In this document: positions 27,782-35,873 of the stretch, one piece after another
How the letters are laid out: every line of letters begins with the position of its first letter
Numbering within the stretch: the stretch's first letter is position 1
Virus record (IMG/VR): IMGVR_UViG_3300038556_000050
Span: 1-40,869 of that record
From: a virus
Lineage: Duplodnaviria; Caudoviricetes
DNA: 40,869 bases
Direction: 5' to 3' (one strand)
Made by a program: the position numbers and the translations under genes
The notes under the pieces: model-generated
The model's input: only the letters and a program-made list of their open reading frames with translations
Databases searched by the model: none
Told to the model about the DNA's origin: nothing

Positions 27782-27941
27782 TCCCAGCCCGGATCAGCTT
27801 TAGCTTCTCCTCGTAGGCTGCCTTTTCCATTTCCGTGTACGGTTTCAGGGATGAGGACCCGCGGGGATCTACCCCGAAGGCCCTTATCCACTTCTCCCGG
27901 TTCTCAGCGCTTATCTTCAGCGCCCCACCCTCTGCGAGCAT
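27693..27941 (-). CDS. Hypothetical phage protein
   Basis: Part of small-gene operon; overlaps next gene. Confidence 0.45.
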   Translation of the reverse strand: MLAEGGALKISAENREKWIRAFGVDPRGSSSLKPYTEMEKAAYEEKLKLIRAGIETTEDTENEDRQDACADRSGGDATWPGQ

Positions 27942-27947
27942 CGGCGG

Positions 27948-28196
27948 TTACGCCTTGCCCTCCAGTTTCTTCTTTCGCTCACGAGCGTCGGCCTGTGTGT
28001 TGAAGACCTTGCTCAGCTTAGTGGGTTTTACCTTCTTGTGGCCGGCGCCGTGACTGTTCGGTACCAGGTAGTCATAGAACTGGATGCCACAGCGTTTGCG
28101 ACTTGGCACACGCTTCATCACGATGTTTCGGTAGATCTTGTCATTCAGTTTGTAGTCACCGACAACCCAACTGTTACTCATTGCAGTAGCTTTCAT
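27948..28196 (-). CDS. Basic hypothetical phage protein
   Basis: TAATG-coupled to upstream gene. Confidence 0.55.
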   Translation of the reverse strand: MKATAMSNSWVVGDYKLNDKIYRNIVMKRVPSRKRCGIQFYDYLVPNSHGAGHKKVKPTKLSKVFNTQADARERKKKLEGKA

Positions 28197-28657
28197 TATT
28201 GTTTGTTTTGGTGATCCTCCTGTTCTCCTTTTGGGGGAACCTTCTTGAATGTCCGGAAGAAGCCCGCGTGCTCCGGATGCTTCTCGGTGAATTTCTCAGC
28301 CAAGAAACGGGTCAGTGCATTGGGGCACTTGAACGGCTTCCCGCCGTCGAACCGTTCATCCCAGCGCATACGCTCAATTATTGCCTTCGCTCCAAAGTTG
28401 GTCCGACCACGGCGGATCGCGTCGAGGGCATACTTGGCGAAGAGCGGGTAATACTCGGGATGAGCTGCCATGTAACGACGCGCCCACACGTCAAGCGGCT
28501 CTTTCTCTTTGCGAGAGCCGACGTTCCGGTGGACTCGCACTTGGATGTCAGAGGGCGCCTTATCCATCAGCTCCACGAGCGGAAGGCCGGGCACAAACTG
28601 CTTTCCGAGCATTTCGCGCTTGATGGGATCCGGCAGGCTCATCGGACGCTGATCCAC
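28196..28657 (-). CDS. Conserved-looking phage hypothetical protein
   Basis: FGAKAIIERMRW...HPEHAGFF motif recalled from phage early proteins. Confidence 0.65.
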   Translation of the reverse strand: MDQRPMSLPDPIKREMLGKQFVPGLPLVELMDKAPSDIQVRVHRNVGSRKEKEPLDVWARRYMAAHPEYYPLFAKYALDAIRRGRTNFGAKAIIERMRWDERFDGGKPFKCPNALTRFLAEKFTEKHPEHAGFFRTFKKVPPKGEQEDHQNKQ

Positions 28658-28827
28658 AGCCAGGCACTGCCTATCATCGGCATCGTGATTGGCCAGATGA
28701 CCGATAACGATATCGCTTCAGACGCTTTCAGCAATCTTGAGCCGTCAGCTTTCTCGAAAGTGGCCCAGAAGCCAAAACACAGGTTGAAAATCACAAAGTA
28801 GACAAAGGCGAGGAGCCAGGCTCTCAT
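28639..28827 (-). CDS. Small membrane protein
   Basis: Two hydrophobic segments, WP motif, ATGA coupling. Confidence 0.55.
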   Translation of the reverse strand: MRAWLLAFVYFVIFNLCFGFWATFEKADGSRLLKASEAISLSVIWPITMPMIGSAWLWISVR

Positions 28828-29228
28828 GAGCTGAGCCCTTCACCTTCGAGCACGTCGATGAAAATTACCGCCGATGCGTCACCGCCATAGGCGAGTTCAG
28901 CTTCTTCCTTGGTGTGATGGAGGTGGGTGACGAAACTCGCAAAAGGTGTCGCGTCTTTACTTGAGAACGCTAGCCACCCTGTAATGCGCTTGGGCTCTAC
29001 CCATTCGGCGACGAGGTCGAGTGGATCTTCTAAGTCAGCACGCTTCGAAATTCTTCCGTTCGCCCATGGGTAATGGGCTTCGCCCAGATCTTCTCCAAGA
29101 ATAACGATGGCAGTTTCACCATCATCTTTCTTGAACGGCGTCTCGCCAATAAAGGCTACGAAAGCCTTCCGACCATCTTGCGTCCGGTAGTACTTCCCGG
29201 CTTCTAACTTGAGTGTTTGTGGTCCCAC
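28824..29228 (-). CDS. Hypothetical phage protein
   Basis: LEAGKYYRTQDGRKA...DLVAEW motif; GTG 29228 preferred over track start 29498. Confidence 0.65.
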   Translation of the reverse strand: MGPQTLKLEAGKYYRTQDGRKAFVAFIGETPFKKDDGETAIVILGEDLGEAHYPWANGRISKRADLEDPLDLVAEWVEPKRITGWLAFSSKDATPFASFVTHLHHTKEEAELAYGGDASAVIFIDVLEGEGLSS

Positions 29229-29245
29229 GTCATGCTGCCCTGCCC

Positions 29246-29341
29246 TTAAGCGGCGTTGGCCAGCAGGATGCCGAAGAATCCCCAGCCGTAATAGATGCCA
29301 ACGGCCATTACCGCGGCGAAGTGTTGAAGGTCTTTTTTCAT
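29246..29341 (-). CDS. 31-aa hydrophobic peptide, first gene of leftward operon
   Basis: AGGAG RBS; MKKDLQHFAAVMAVGIYYGWGFFGILLANAA. Confidence 0.5.
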   Translation of the reverse strand: MKKDLQHFAAVMAVGIYYGWGFFGILLANAA

Positions 29342-29349
29342 TGTCGTTT

Positions 29350-29476
29350 CTCCTGTTGTGAGTGAATCGTCTCACGACCAAAAGAATCTCGTCAACAGAA
29401 ATCGCCAAGAAAATGAGCAACACAAATTTCTTGAAGTATACAATTATCTGACTCAGAGTGCTTCTCACAACAGGAG
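29350..29476. promoter_or_regulatory. Divergent promoter region bounded by a 13-bp inverted repeat
   Basis: CTCCTGTTGTGAG 29350-29362 / CTCACAACAGGAG 29464-29476; AT-rich spacer with TTGAAG-17-CAGAGT (+) and three GANTC sites. Confidence 0.7.
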
Positions 29477-29484
29477 CAAACACT

Positions 29485-29634
29485 ATGAGCAGGAGCAAAC
29501 GAGACTACGAGGCGCACGTCGAAAAGATGGATGGTCTCGATCAGTTCATTGATGAACAGCGCGGCAGCATCACTGACGGAGACCTACAGCGCATGTTCGA
29601 GGAGCAACAGGCGGAAGCCGGGAGCAATGGCTAA
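29485..29634 (+). CDS. 49-aa acidic protein, first gene of rightward operon
   Basis: AGGAG RBS; hand translation MSRSKRDYEAHVEKMDGLDQFIDEQ... Confidence 0.55.
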   Translation: MSRSKRDYEAHVEKMDGLDQFIDEQRGSITDGDLQRMFEEQQAEAGSNG

Positions 29635-30097
29635 CCGTCAGCTCCTACACCGGTCTCACCTAGAAACCTTCAAGAGCTGGGTAATCGCACAAGGCTATAA
29701 CGTCGAGGCGTGCAAAGGTGATGGCTATGAGGTTTTGCGCTTTCGCGTTCCGGCCATCAAAGAACCAATCATCATCTACGACCGCAACGAGGGCGACCAC
29801 TTCACAACCTTCGGCAAGGGTGACGGCATTGTCAGACGTTTCATCCGGGGCAAGAAGCAACTGGAAAAGTCCGTACTCAACCCCGCTAGTGACGAGTTTG
29901 ACCCGGTAGCAACCGGCAAACACCTCACAGAGCGCATCAACAGTTTCACCAACCCTGCTGGCCTCATCTGCTATTGGGCCGCGGGAATGAACAAGCTTCG
30001 CCTGGCAGCAATGCCAGAGAAGTGGCGGCACGAATTGACGCGCCGCTATGAAGACCGGTTGGAGACCATAAATGCCAATGGCCCCGACTATTTCTGA
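29627..30097 (+). CDS. Hypothetical phage protein
   Basis: MANRQLLHRSHLETFKSW...YEVLRF; GGGAG RBS. Confidence 0.65.
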   Translation: MANRQLLHRSHLETFKSWVIAQGYNVEACKGDGYEVLRFRVPAIKEPIIIYDRNEGDHFTTFGKGDGIVRRFIRGKKQLEKSVLNPASDEFDPVATGKHLTERINSFTNPAGLICYWAAGMNKLRLAAMPEKWRHELTRRYEDRLETINANGPDYF

Positions 30098-30103
30098 TAA
30101 CCA

Positions 30104-30514
30104 ATGAATGAAACGAAAATGGACTTAAACTCTATCTTCCCGAGCAAATACATCAAATCATCCGACCTCCAAGGGCGTGAAGTAACGCTGACCATTGCGC
30201 GTATCGCCATCGAGAAGCTCGACGACGGGCAGAAGCCGGTCATCTACTTCGGCGGCAAGGAGAAGGGCCTCATCTGCAACAAGACCAATGCCAATCGCAT
30301 CGCGCACTACTACGGCACGAACACGGACGGCTGGATCGGCAAGCAAATTGTTCTCGGCGTTGAGCTGGTGGATATGCAGGGCCAAACCAAGGAAGGGCTG
30401 CGCATCAAAGGCATCCCTGCCCCGGCGCCCCTCACGCAGACGCAGCCGGCACCGGCCGCAGCTGCGCCTGCGGCAAACGCCGATCGTCCGTTCAATGACG
30501 ACATCCCCTTCTAA
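30104..30514 (+). CDS. Phage ssDNA-binding-like protein
   Basis: FPSKYIKSSDL, CNKTNA, WIGKQI; Pro/Ala linker; SSB-type tail FNDDIPF. Confidence 0.75.
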   Translation: MNETKMDLNSIFPSKYIKSSDLQGREVTLTIARIAIEKLDDGQKPVIYFGGKEKGLICNKTNANRIAHYYGTNTDGWIGKQIVLGVELVDMQGQTKEGLRIKGIPAPAPLTQTQPAPAAAAPAANADRPFNDDIPF

Positions 30515-30732
30515 TGCCGAAGGGAGTTAGCCAGCGCGACGAGGACGCCAAGGCATTAGCCGAGGCGTACCAGGTCGCAGAGGAGAAAGGTAAGGCCTTC
30601 GTGAAAGCCATGGAGGCCGCCTTTCCTGTCTACATTGCTATGCAGGAGGCAAGGAAACAGCGCGACGAGATGCGCACGACCTACCGGGCCAAATACCTCG
30701 GCCCGAAACCAGAAACAACGAAAGAGCCCTAA
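30514..30732 (+). CDS. Hypothetical helical protein
   Basis: TAATG coupling. Confidence 0.6.
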   Translation: MPKGVSQRDEDAKALAEAYQVAEEKGKAFVKAMEAAFPVYIAMQEARKQRDEMRTTYRAKYLGPKPETTKEP

Positions 30733-30957
30733 GTGGCAAAGATCAAAACCAATTTCTCTCTGTCTGCCGAGGCACGGCGGGAGCTTAAACGCATTCACGG
30801 CAGATGGGGCAGCAAGTACGAGGTCACCACTCTGGAACAGCTGATATTCTACGTGGGCGGCATCGTCCGTGAGTCCGTGGACCGCACCATCAAGGACACT
30901 GCTCTGCGGCGTGAGGCCGAGGTTAAGATTGAGATGCTAAAGCATAGCAACGGCTAG
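30733..30957 (+). CDS. Possible ribbon-helix-helix protein
   Basis: KIKTNFSLSAEARRELKRI strand-helix pattern. Confidence 0.5.
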   Translation: MAKIKTNFSLSAEARRELKRIHGRWGSKYEVTTLEQLIFYVGGIVRESVDRTIKDTALRREAEVKIEMLKHSNG

Positions 30958-30960
30958 GAT

Positions 30961-31479
30961 CTAGAACTCTTCAAGGTGACCGTGCTGCGGCATGTCGTTT
31001 TTGTAGGGTGAGTACTTTAGGAAGAAGTCTCTCCAAAAGATGACCATATTCTCGATAAGGATCGGTGCTTCAATCCAGAACTTTTTGCCGTCCCACTTTG
31101 TTTCGATTTCTATTTGCAAAGATGGGACGCCATACCCGCCAACACCGAAACCGCCCTCCCCATAACCGCCTGATCTTAAGGTCGATTGTGACACCTGACG
31201 GATGAAGTGCTTCGAGCCATTGGCAATACGCTGCATGTCGGCGAAAAACGTCGGCTGCGCATCCAGCCATGCCTTGAAGCCCACTTCGTCTCTAATCCCT
31301 AACTCACGCCACGTAGCGTAGTCATTCTTCAGCCAATCACCCCACACCCACTCTGCGAGGTGGTATGCCGTGAGCGCGGCGTTTATCGCTAGACGCGCAG
31401 AGTCACGCTTGCTGGCAAGCTCATCGTAGTCTTGGTAGAGCTTTTCAAGGAAATCGCGAGAGTTCTTAATGTCGAACAT
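30961..31479 (-). CDS. Moron protein with HEPN-like motif
   Basis: AYHLAEWVW and RIANGSKH (R-x6-H); helical. Confidence 0.6.
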   Translation of the reverse strand: MFDIKNSRDFLEKLYQDYDELASKRDSARLAINAALTAYHLAEWVWGDWLKNDYATWRELGIRDEVGFKAWLDAQPTFFADMQRIANGSKHFIRQVSQSTLRSGGYGEGGFGVGGYGVPSLQIEIETKWDGKKFWIEAPILIENMVIFWRDFFLKYSPYKNDMPQHGHLEEF

Positions 31480-31521
31480 TGAGGACGCACCCCTGCCCTT
31501 GTGGATCCCGCTATTTATGGA

Positions 31522-31968
31522 TCAGAACAAGCCGTAGTCCAGTGCGAAGGCTCCGGCCCAAGCGGCGTCCGCCTCATCTTCTTTCAGGTCGACGCCCCAC
31601 CTTGCCCTCGCTGCGGCCTGCATCTCAGGCTTCTTGGCGTTGCCCTTGCCCGTGGCGTGGATCTTCAGCTTAGAGAGATGGATCTTCGACCATGGCAGCC
31701 CCGCCAGCTCGCAGGCGAGAACGGCAGCTCCAAGCATTGGGAAGAGAGCTTTGACGCTGGAGAACTGTCCGGAGAAAGGCTCTTCGATACAGACGCCGAG
31801 GCAGTCCGGTCCGGCGTGGCGTTTGATGACGTTGTTGACCCCGACCGTGCGACTTCCGATGTCGGCTTCAAACCGAAGTGTCTGGGCATCCAATCCTCCA
31901 TCTACGTACACCTTGCTGACGCCGAGCGTAGTACCGAGGTCCAGACCGAGCACGTACTTTCGGCTCAA
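31522..31968 (-). CDS. RuvC-like Holliday junction resolvase
   Basis: VLGLDLG, IEEPF, ATGKGNAKK, DEADAAW acidic catalytic motifs. Confidence 0.85.
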   Translation of the reverse strand: MSRKYVLGLDLGTTLGVSKVYVDGGLDAQTLRFEADIGSRTVGVNNVIKRHAGPDCLGVCIEEPFSGQFSSVKALFPMLGAAVLACELAGLPWSKIHLSKLKIHATGKGNAKKPEMQAAARARWGVDLKEDEADAAWAGAFALDYGLF

Positions 31969-32181
31969 TCATTGATGCTTCGTTGATTTACCCACGACAA
32001 TCAGAGGGAGCTTGCGCTTGGCCTTCCGGATGAATGCTTCCACTTCACTCTTGAGACTGGCCGGTACCCGTACAGGCTTTGTTGGCTCACCGTAGCGGCC
32101 GCTACCCTTCAGCCGACCGCGGCGGCCGACACGCATCGAGGGCTGGAGTGTTTGCATGTGGGAAACGTGAGCCGATTGCAT
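31969..32181 (-). CDS. Small basic DNA-binding-like protein
   Basis: GRLKGSGRYGEPTKPVRVPASL resembles the N-terminal extension of some UmuD/S24 proteins; no peptidase domain; real start probably downstream. Confidence 0.5.
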   Translation of the reverse strand: MQSAHVSHMQTLQPSMRVGRRGRLKGSGRYGEPTKPVRVPASLKSEVEAFIRKAKRKLPLIVVGKSTKHQ

Positions 32182-32227
32182 TCACTCGTCAAGGTGGTAG
32201 CCTCCTTCAAAAGCAAGGGGGGACTGG

Positions 32228-32572
32228 ATGCTTAGGATAGCCACGCTCATTGCCGCGTTTTCGTTTTCTGCCACATGGGCCAATGCCGAGACCATTGACG
32301 TCAAGTATTACGGCTCGCTGGATCTCAAGACCTTCGACTGCACCACAATAACCAGGAGCAGCTTCGTGAACCGAGCCTGCTACGATAAGGCCAAACGGTT
32401 CATGGTCGTCCAACTCAAGGAGACCTACTATCCCTATTGCGAGATGCCTGCCGCGACCTACGACGCCTTCTTGAAGGCCGAGTCGATGGGCAGGTACTTC
32501 AATGCCAACATCAAGGGATCGGGCAAGGACGGGCCTTTTGACTGCCGAACGCACGCCAAGCCGACTTACTGA
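32228..32572 (+). CDS. KTSC-domain protein with signal peptide
   Basis: YDAFLKAESMGRYFNANIKG; N-terminal signal ending ANA. Confidence 0.8.
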   Translation: MLRIATLIAAFSFSATWANAETIDVKYYGSLDLKTFDCTTITRSSFVNRACYDKAKRFMVVQLKETYYPYCEMPAATYDAFLKAESMGRYFNANIKGSGKDGPFDCRTHAKPTY

Positions 32573-32950
32573 AGGACTTGGCCTAGTAACGCCAAACCAC
32601 AAACAGGAAGACGACCAGGAAGCATGCGGCTCCAATGCCCAACGCCCCTTCGGCGCTGACATCGACTCCCCAGATATTGATGCGGAATTTGGGCGGCTGA
32701 CTCATGATGTGGCTCTCCATTTAAACTTGGGAGAGCTGAATCAGCTGCGCTCAGCAAAGAATCATGATCACGAAAATTCTTAATGGTGCAAGTGGCGTGA
32801 GAAGCCGTTCCCCCACCTTTGGGGCAGAAAGTTGCGCCCTCAAACAACGCTCTCTGTCACCCCCCCTATAAGCCTCATGCGACACGAAGTTTTTCGCGGC
32901 CTTCTTTTCGGGTAACTACCCAAGTCGCTCTACGATTTCTGTGGAGAACT

Positions 32951-33169
32951 TCAGGGCACATCCCCCGGCTTACCGCCGCCGATGCTGTAGGGCTTGTTGA
33001 GGAAGTAGGAGCGGTTGGCGAACGCCTTCTCGGCGTATTGGTCGATGGCAACCGTGATCGCCTGGACATGCTGGTAGCACCAGCCTTCCCGCGTCGCTAA
33101 GTGGCGAACCTCGGCCAATGCCTTGATGAACGGCGGTGGATTGGGATCATCCTGGAAGTGCTTCACCAC
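32951..33169 (-). CDS. Hypothetical protein, second gene of LexA-boxed operon
   Basis: GTG overlapping upstream TGA; 72 aa. Confidence 0.6.
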   Translation of the reverse strand: MVKHFQDDPNPPPFIKALAEVRHLATREGWCYQHVQAITVAIDQYAEKAFANRSYFLNKPYSIGGGKPGDVP

Positions 33170-33393
33170 TTCCTCCCACCCAGCACCCGGCCCTTCGGCC
33201 GCGGGATCTCGGCCTTCATTCGGTCCCGGTCGGCACAAAGCTGGTCAATCTTCTCAAGCATACGGTGTAGCAACGCCTCAGCTGACGTGGTGGGTATCCC
33301 GGCCTTCTGGAGCTGCAGGATCTCCCTGCGTTGCCGTCCGACCTGGATGCGCATGCGCTCGATCTCGGTCCTGATGAAGTCGAGGTCCGGCAT
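33163..33393 (-). CDS. Small helical protein, probably SOS-regulated
   Basis: 76 aa helical hairpin; LexA box upstream. Confidence 0.7.
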   Translation of the reverse strand: MPDLDFIRTEIERMRIQVGRQRREILQLQKAGIPTTSAEALLHRMLEKIDQLCADRDRMKAEIPRPKGRVLGGRKW

Positions 33394-33426
33394 ATTTCGC
33401 CCTGAAAATCACGATGGACGGCAATA

Positions 33427-33441
33427 GAACATAACAGGAAC
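33427..33441 (-). promoter_or_regulatory. Alphaproteobacterial LexA box GTTC-N7-GTTC
   Basis: GTTC-CTGTTAT-GTTC on minus strand, intergenic, between TTGCTT and TATTGC promoter-like hexamers. Confidence 0.8.
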
Positions 33442-33497
33442 AAAAAGCAAGCCGCTACGGATAGCGGCCTGCCTGTCTATTGTTGCTAGATTTTCCC

Positions 33498-33998
33498 CTA
33501 GGTGCGCCGCGTCACAACCACGATGTGCGGCCGGCGCGAGAAAATACGTGAGAACAAAGCGGAGAAGAGAGCGCAAAACGCAACAAACCCGACAAGAGCC
33601 ATCACGCCATAAGCAATCCACTGCTCGCCTTTTTCTTTGAGGGATTTCCCCAAGTCGGCAGCCTTCTTCTTGAGCCCCCACGGGTCTTTGAAGAATTTTG
33701 CCGTCTCCACGAAGGGACGCTTGATGGCTTTCCAGGATTCATCACCTAGGTGGACCACTCCCTTTCCTACGTCTTTGGCGAGGGTTTTAGGGCCGTCCAA
33801 CGGCTTCTCAATGATCTTGTCGACTTGTTTTTCGACCACCTTTGGGGGAACGACTGGCGGCACGAACGCGGGGGCGACTGCCCTCGCAGCACCCCTCGCA
33901 GCTCGCTCGATGTCGCCCATCGCAAACGAGCTGGTAGAAATCAAAACACTCAAACAGAACACCGTTGCACGAAGAAGAACGCCGTGAAGGTTGCTCAT
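33498..33998 (-). CDS. Exported/membrane protein (signal peptide + C-terminal TM)
   Basis: Signal ending SFA; Lys-rich amphipathic middle; C-terminal TM then basic tail. Confidence 0.6.
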   Translation of the reverse strand: MSNLHGVLLRATVFCLSVLISTSSFAMGDIERAARGAARAVAPAFVPPVVPPKVVEKQVDKIIEKPLDGPKTLAKDVGKGVVHLGDESWKAIKRPFVETAKFFKDPWGLKKKAADLGKSLKEKGEQWIAYGVMALVGFVAFCALFSALFSRIFSRRPHIVVVTRRT

Positions 33999-34154
33999 GG
34001 TAGCTCGGATTTAAACCGTCCTCTGGTTGGTTGACGCGGCGCGGATGTAAACCTCTCCGGTAACCGCCGCAATCACCCCCTCACTCTCAATCATGAACGG
34101 CAGATAAATGCTCGGTTACAACCACTGGATGACATTCGATAATCTCAGTGAACA

Positions 34155-34865
34155 TCAACTTTTTGAGAGGAATTCCAAGAGACGTGCCCTCTCAAGTACA
34201 CCGCTACCTATAGCTAGTCGCACATCCGCAATGAAGGCGGCCAGCGAAGGTAGCTTCTGGCACCCTCTCACCGACCATTTTGCAGCCTTACGGATGGCGA
34301 ACAGCGGAAACTCCTCCAGCTCCTCGCACCACACCAGTACCTGAGCTTTCAGCTTCCCCTCGTCGCCTGTGTAGACGTTGAAGGCGGCAAACAGCTTGGC
34401 GACCTCGATCTCCAATTCGGGGCCGCGGTCCCGTGCCGGCCGCAGGATCTCAGAAAGGGATTTCACCTGGTGCGAGAGCAGGTCTCTCTCCTCCGCCGTC
34501 AGGCTGGGCAGAGCCGGAGGATGCCCTCCCACTGAAGCCACTACCAGGTTGTGATGCTCCGTAGCGGTTAGCCAGACTTGAACGGCAGGCGGCAGCGAGG
34601 TTGTTGTTAGCGCCACGGCCAATCGCTCCGCCTCCGCGGCCGTTCTCGCGATCACACCAGTTCTGCCAGGTTGTAAGCCAGTCTCGCTTGCGACCACCGC
34701 CCTTTGCGTCTGGACTTCGCCAGTAACGACAGAACTGCTTCCAGACATCTCCGGCTCGGACTGCGGACCATCCGATGCTTGCTGCATAGTCGCCGAATCC
34801 GGCAGGCGGTTCGCCTCCGCTGTTTTGCAGAAACTGGTCAAGGCTGATTGCAGGCGCTGGTCCAC
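34155..34865 (-). CDS. Putative helicase loader/replication accessory protein
   Basis: WCEELEEFPLFAIRKAA...LPSLAAFI; overlaps initiator 3' end; true start probably downstream of 34865. Confidence 0.55.
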   Translation of the reverse strand: MDQRLQSALTSFCKTAEANRLPDSATMQQASDGPQSEPEMSGSSSVVTGEVQTQRAVVASETGLQPGRTGVIARTAAEAERLAVALTTTSLPPAVQVWLTATEHHNLVVASVGGHPPALPSLTAEERDLLSHQVKSLSEILRPARDRGPELEIEVAKLFAAFNVYTGDEGKLKAQVLVWCEELEEFPLFAIRKAAKWSVRGCQKLPSLAAFIADVRLAIGSGVLERARLLEFLSKS

Positions 34866-35274
34866 GCTTGGGAGCTTTCGTTGATTGGGGAGACACAGAG
34901 GGGTCTCTTAATTGGGTTGTTAGAGATGGGTACTTAGGGTCGTCCTGCGCGACTGGGGGTGGTCTATCAGAACGACCAGGGTGGTTGCCCTGCGCAACCA
35001 GCGGCATTGTGGGGACATAGCGGTTGCTGGTTTGGTCGCCATCCTCGTCGACACGGCCTTCTATTCGCAGCAGTCCAGCGTCAGCTGCCAGCTTCACGTG
35101 CTTGATAACCGTGCTGCGGTTCAACCCGCTTTCTTTGGCGATCGATAAGTAGGAGGGGTAAGCCCCAGATCCATCAGCGGCCATACGCACACCGATAGTG
35201 TAGCAGACGAGCTTTGTGGTCGGCTCTATCGCCGCGTCACGTATCGCTTGCTGCCAGGAAAAGAACGCATTCAA
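34450..35274 (-). CDS. Phage replication initiator (N-terminal HTH, C-terminal DnaT-like domain)
   Basis: AYPSYLSIAKESGLNRSTVIKHV, QTSNRY, FCRYW...DWLTTWQNW. Confidence 0.8.
   Translation of the reverse strand: MNAFFSWQQAIRDAAIEPTTKLVCYTIGVRMAADGSGAYPSYLSIAKESGLNRSTVIKHVKLAADAGLLRIEGRVDEDGDQTSNRYVPTMPLVAQGNHPGRSDRPPPVAQDDPKYPSLTTQLRDPSVSPQSTKAPKRGPAPAISLDQFLQNSGGEPPAGFGDYAASIGWSAVRAGDVWKQFCRYWRSPDAKGGGRKRDWLTTWQNWCDRENGRGGGAIGRGANNNLAAACRSSLANRYGASQPGSGFSGRASSGSAQPDGGGERPALAPGEIPF
34938..34999. repeat. Three 17-bp imperfect repeats, candidate iterons/origin
   Basis: GGTCGTCCTGCGCGACT 34938, GGTCTATCAGAACGACC 34961, GGTTGCCCTGCGCAACC 34983; 22-23 bp period inside the initiator linker. Confidence 0.55.
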
Positions 35275-35361
35275 GAACCCAAGCTTTCATTACTTTTGCC
35301 TCCCAAGCGTCTCTAGGCACCCGCGCAGGGCTTGGGACACTGCGCGGGGTTGACTGAAGCT

Positions 35362-35386
35362 TGAATCAGGAAGTCGTATACAGCAA
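35362..35386 (-). promoter_or_regulatory. Promoter-like motif copy upstream of initiator
   Basis: TTGCTGTATACGACTTCCTGATTCA, same layout as the 29431 and 38501 motifs. Confidence 0.55.
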
Positions 35387-35395
35387 GCGGTCTGA

Positions 35396-35863
35396 TTATC
35401 TATTTCGCTGCGACCGATATGCGGCCGTTAGTGCGGCGCTGATCTTCTGGCCCGTGAAGAAAGCGCGGTCGATGATCTGGCTGTGCTCTTCATCCTTGAA
35501 TTTCGTCCTTATGCCGGTTGCGGTCACGAAGTGCAACCAGAATACGTCGAGGCCTCGTCCTCGCTGGTATTCGATCATGTACCGGTCGGTCTTCTCCTGG
35601 CATGTTGGCCGGCGCTTGATCTCACCATCGGTTAGAGGGTAGCAGGCGACGAAGGCGTCTGTGAAAGTATCAAGCTCCTTCACACTCATGCGAGAAACGT
35701 CAACCAGCGTCTCGTTGAATATCTTCTCGTCGAAGACAGGGACCAGCAGAGGTGGCAACTTCTGTTGCGCTTCGACAGTCCCGATCAAAAGAATCCCGAT
35801 TGAAAGCGCTCCAAGCCAACTCGACACGAACTTCCCACCAAACATTTCAAGCCGTCTCCACAT
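35396..35863 (-). CDS. Exported hypothetical protein (moron)
   Basis: Signal-like LGALSIGILLIGTVEA; two Cys. Confidence 0.6.
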   Translation of the reverse strand: MWRRLEMFGGKFVSSWLGALSIGILLIGTVEAQQKLPPLLVPVFDEKIFNETLVDVSRMSVKELDTFTDAFVACYPLTDGEIKRRPTCQEKTDRYMIEYQRGRGLDVFWLHFVTATGIRTKFKDEEHSQIIDRAFFTGQKISAALTAAYRSQRNR

Positions 35864-35873
35864 CTTCCTGCAA

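Noticed and set aside
29229-29498. Long N-terminal extension of ORF 28824-29498
   Set aside because: Runs across the divergent promoter and a better-supported 31-aa gene
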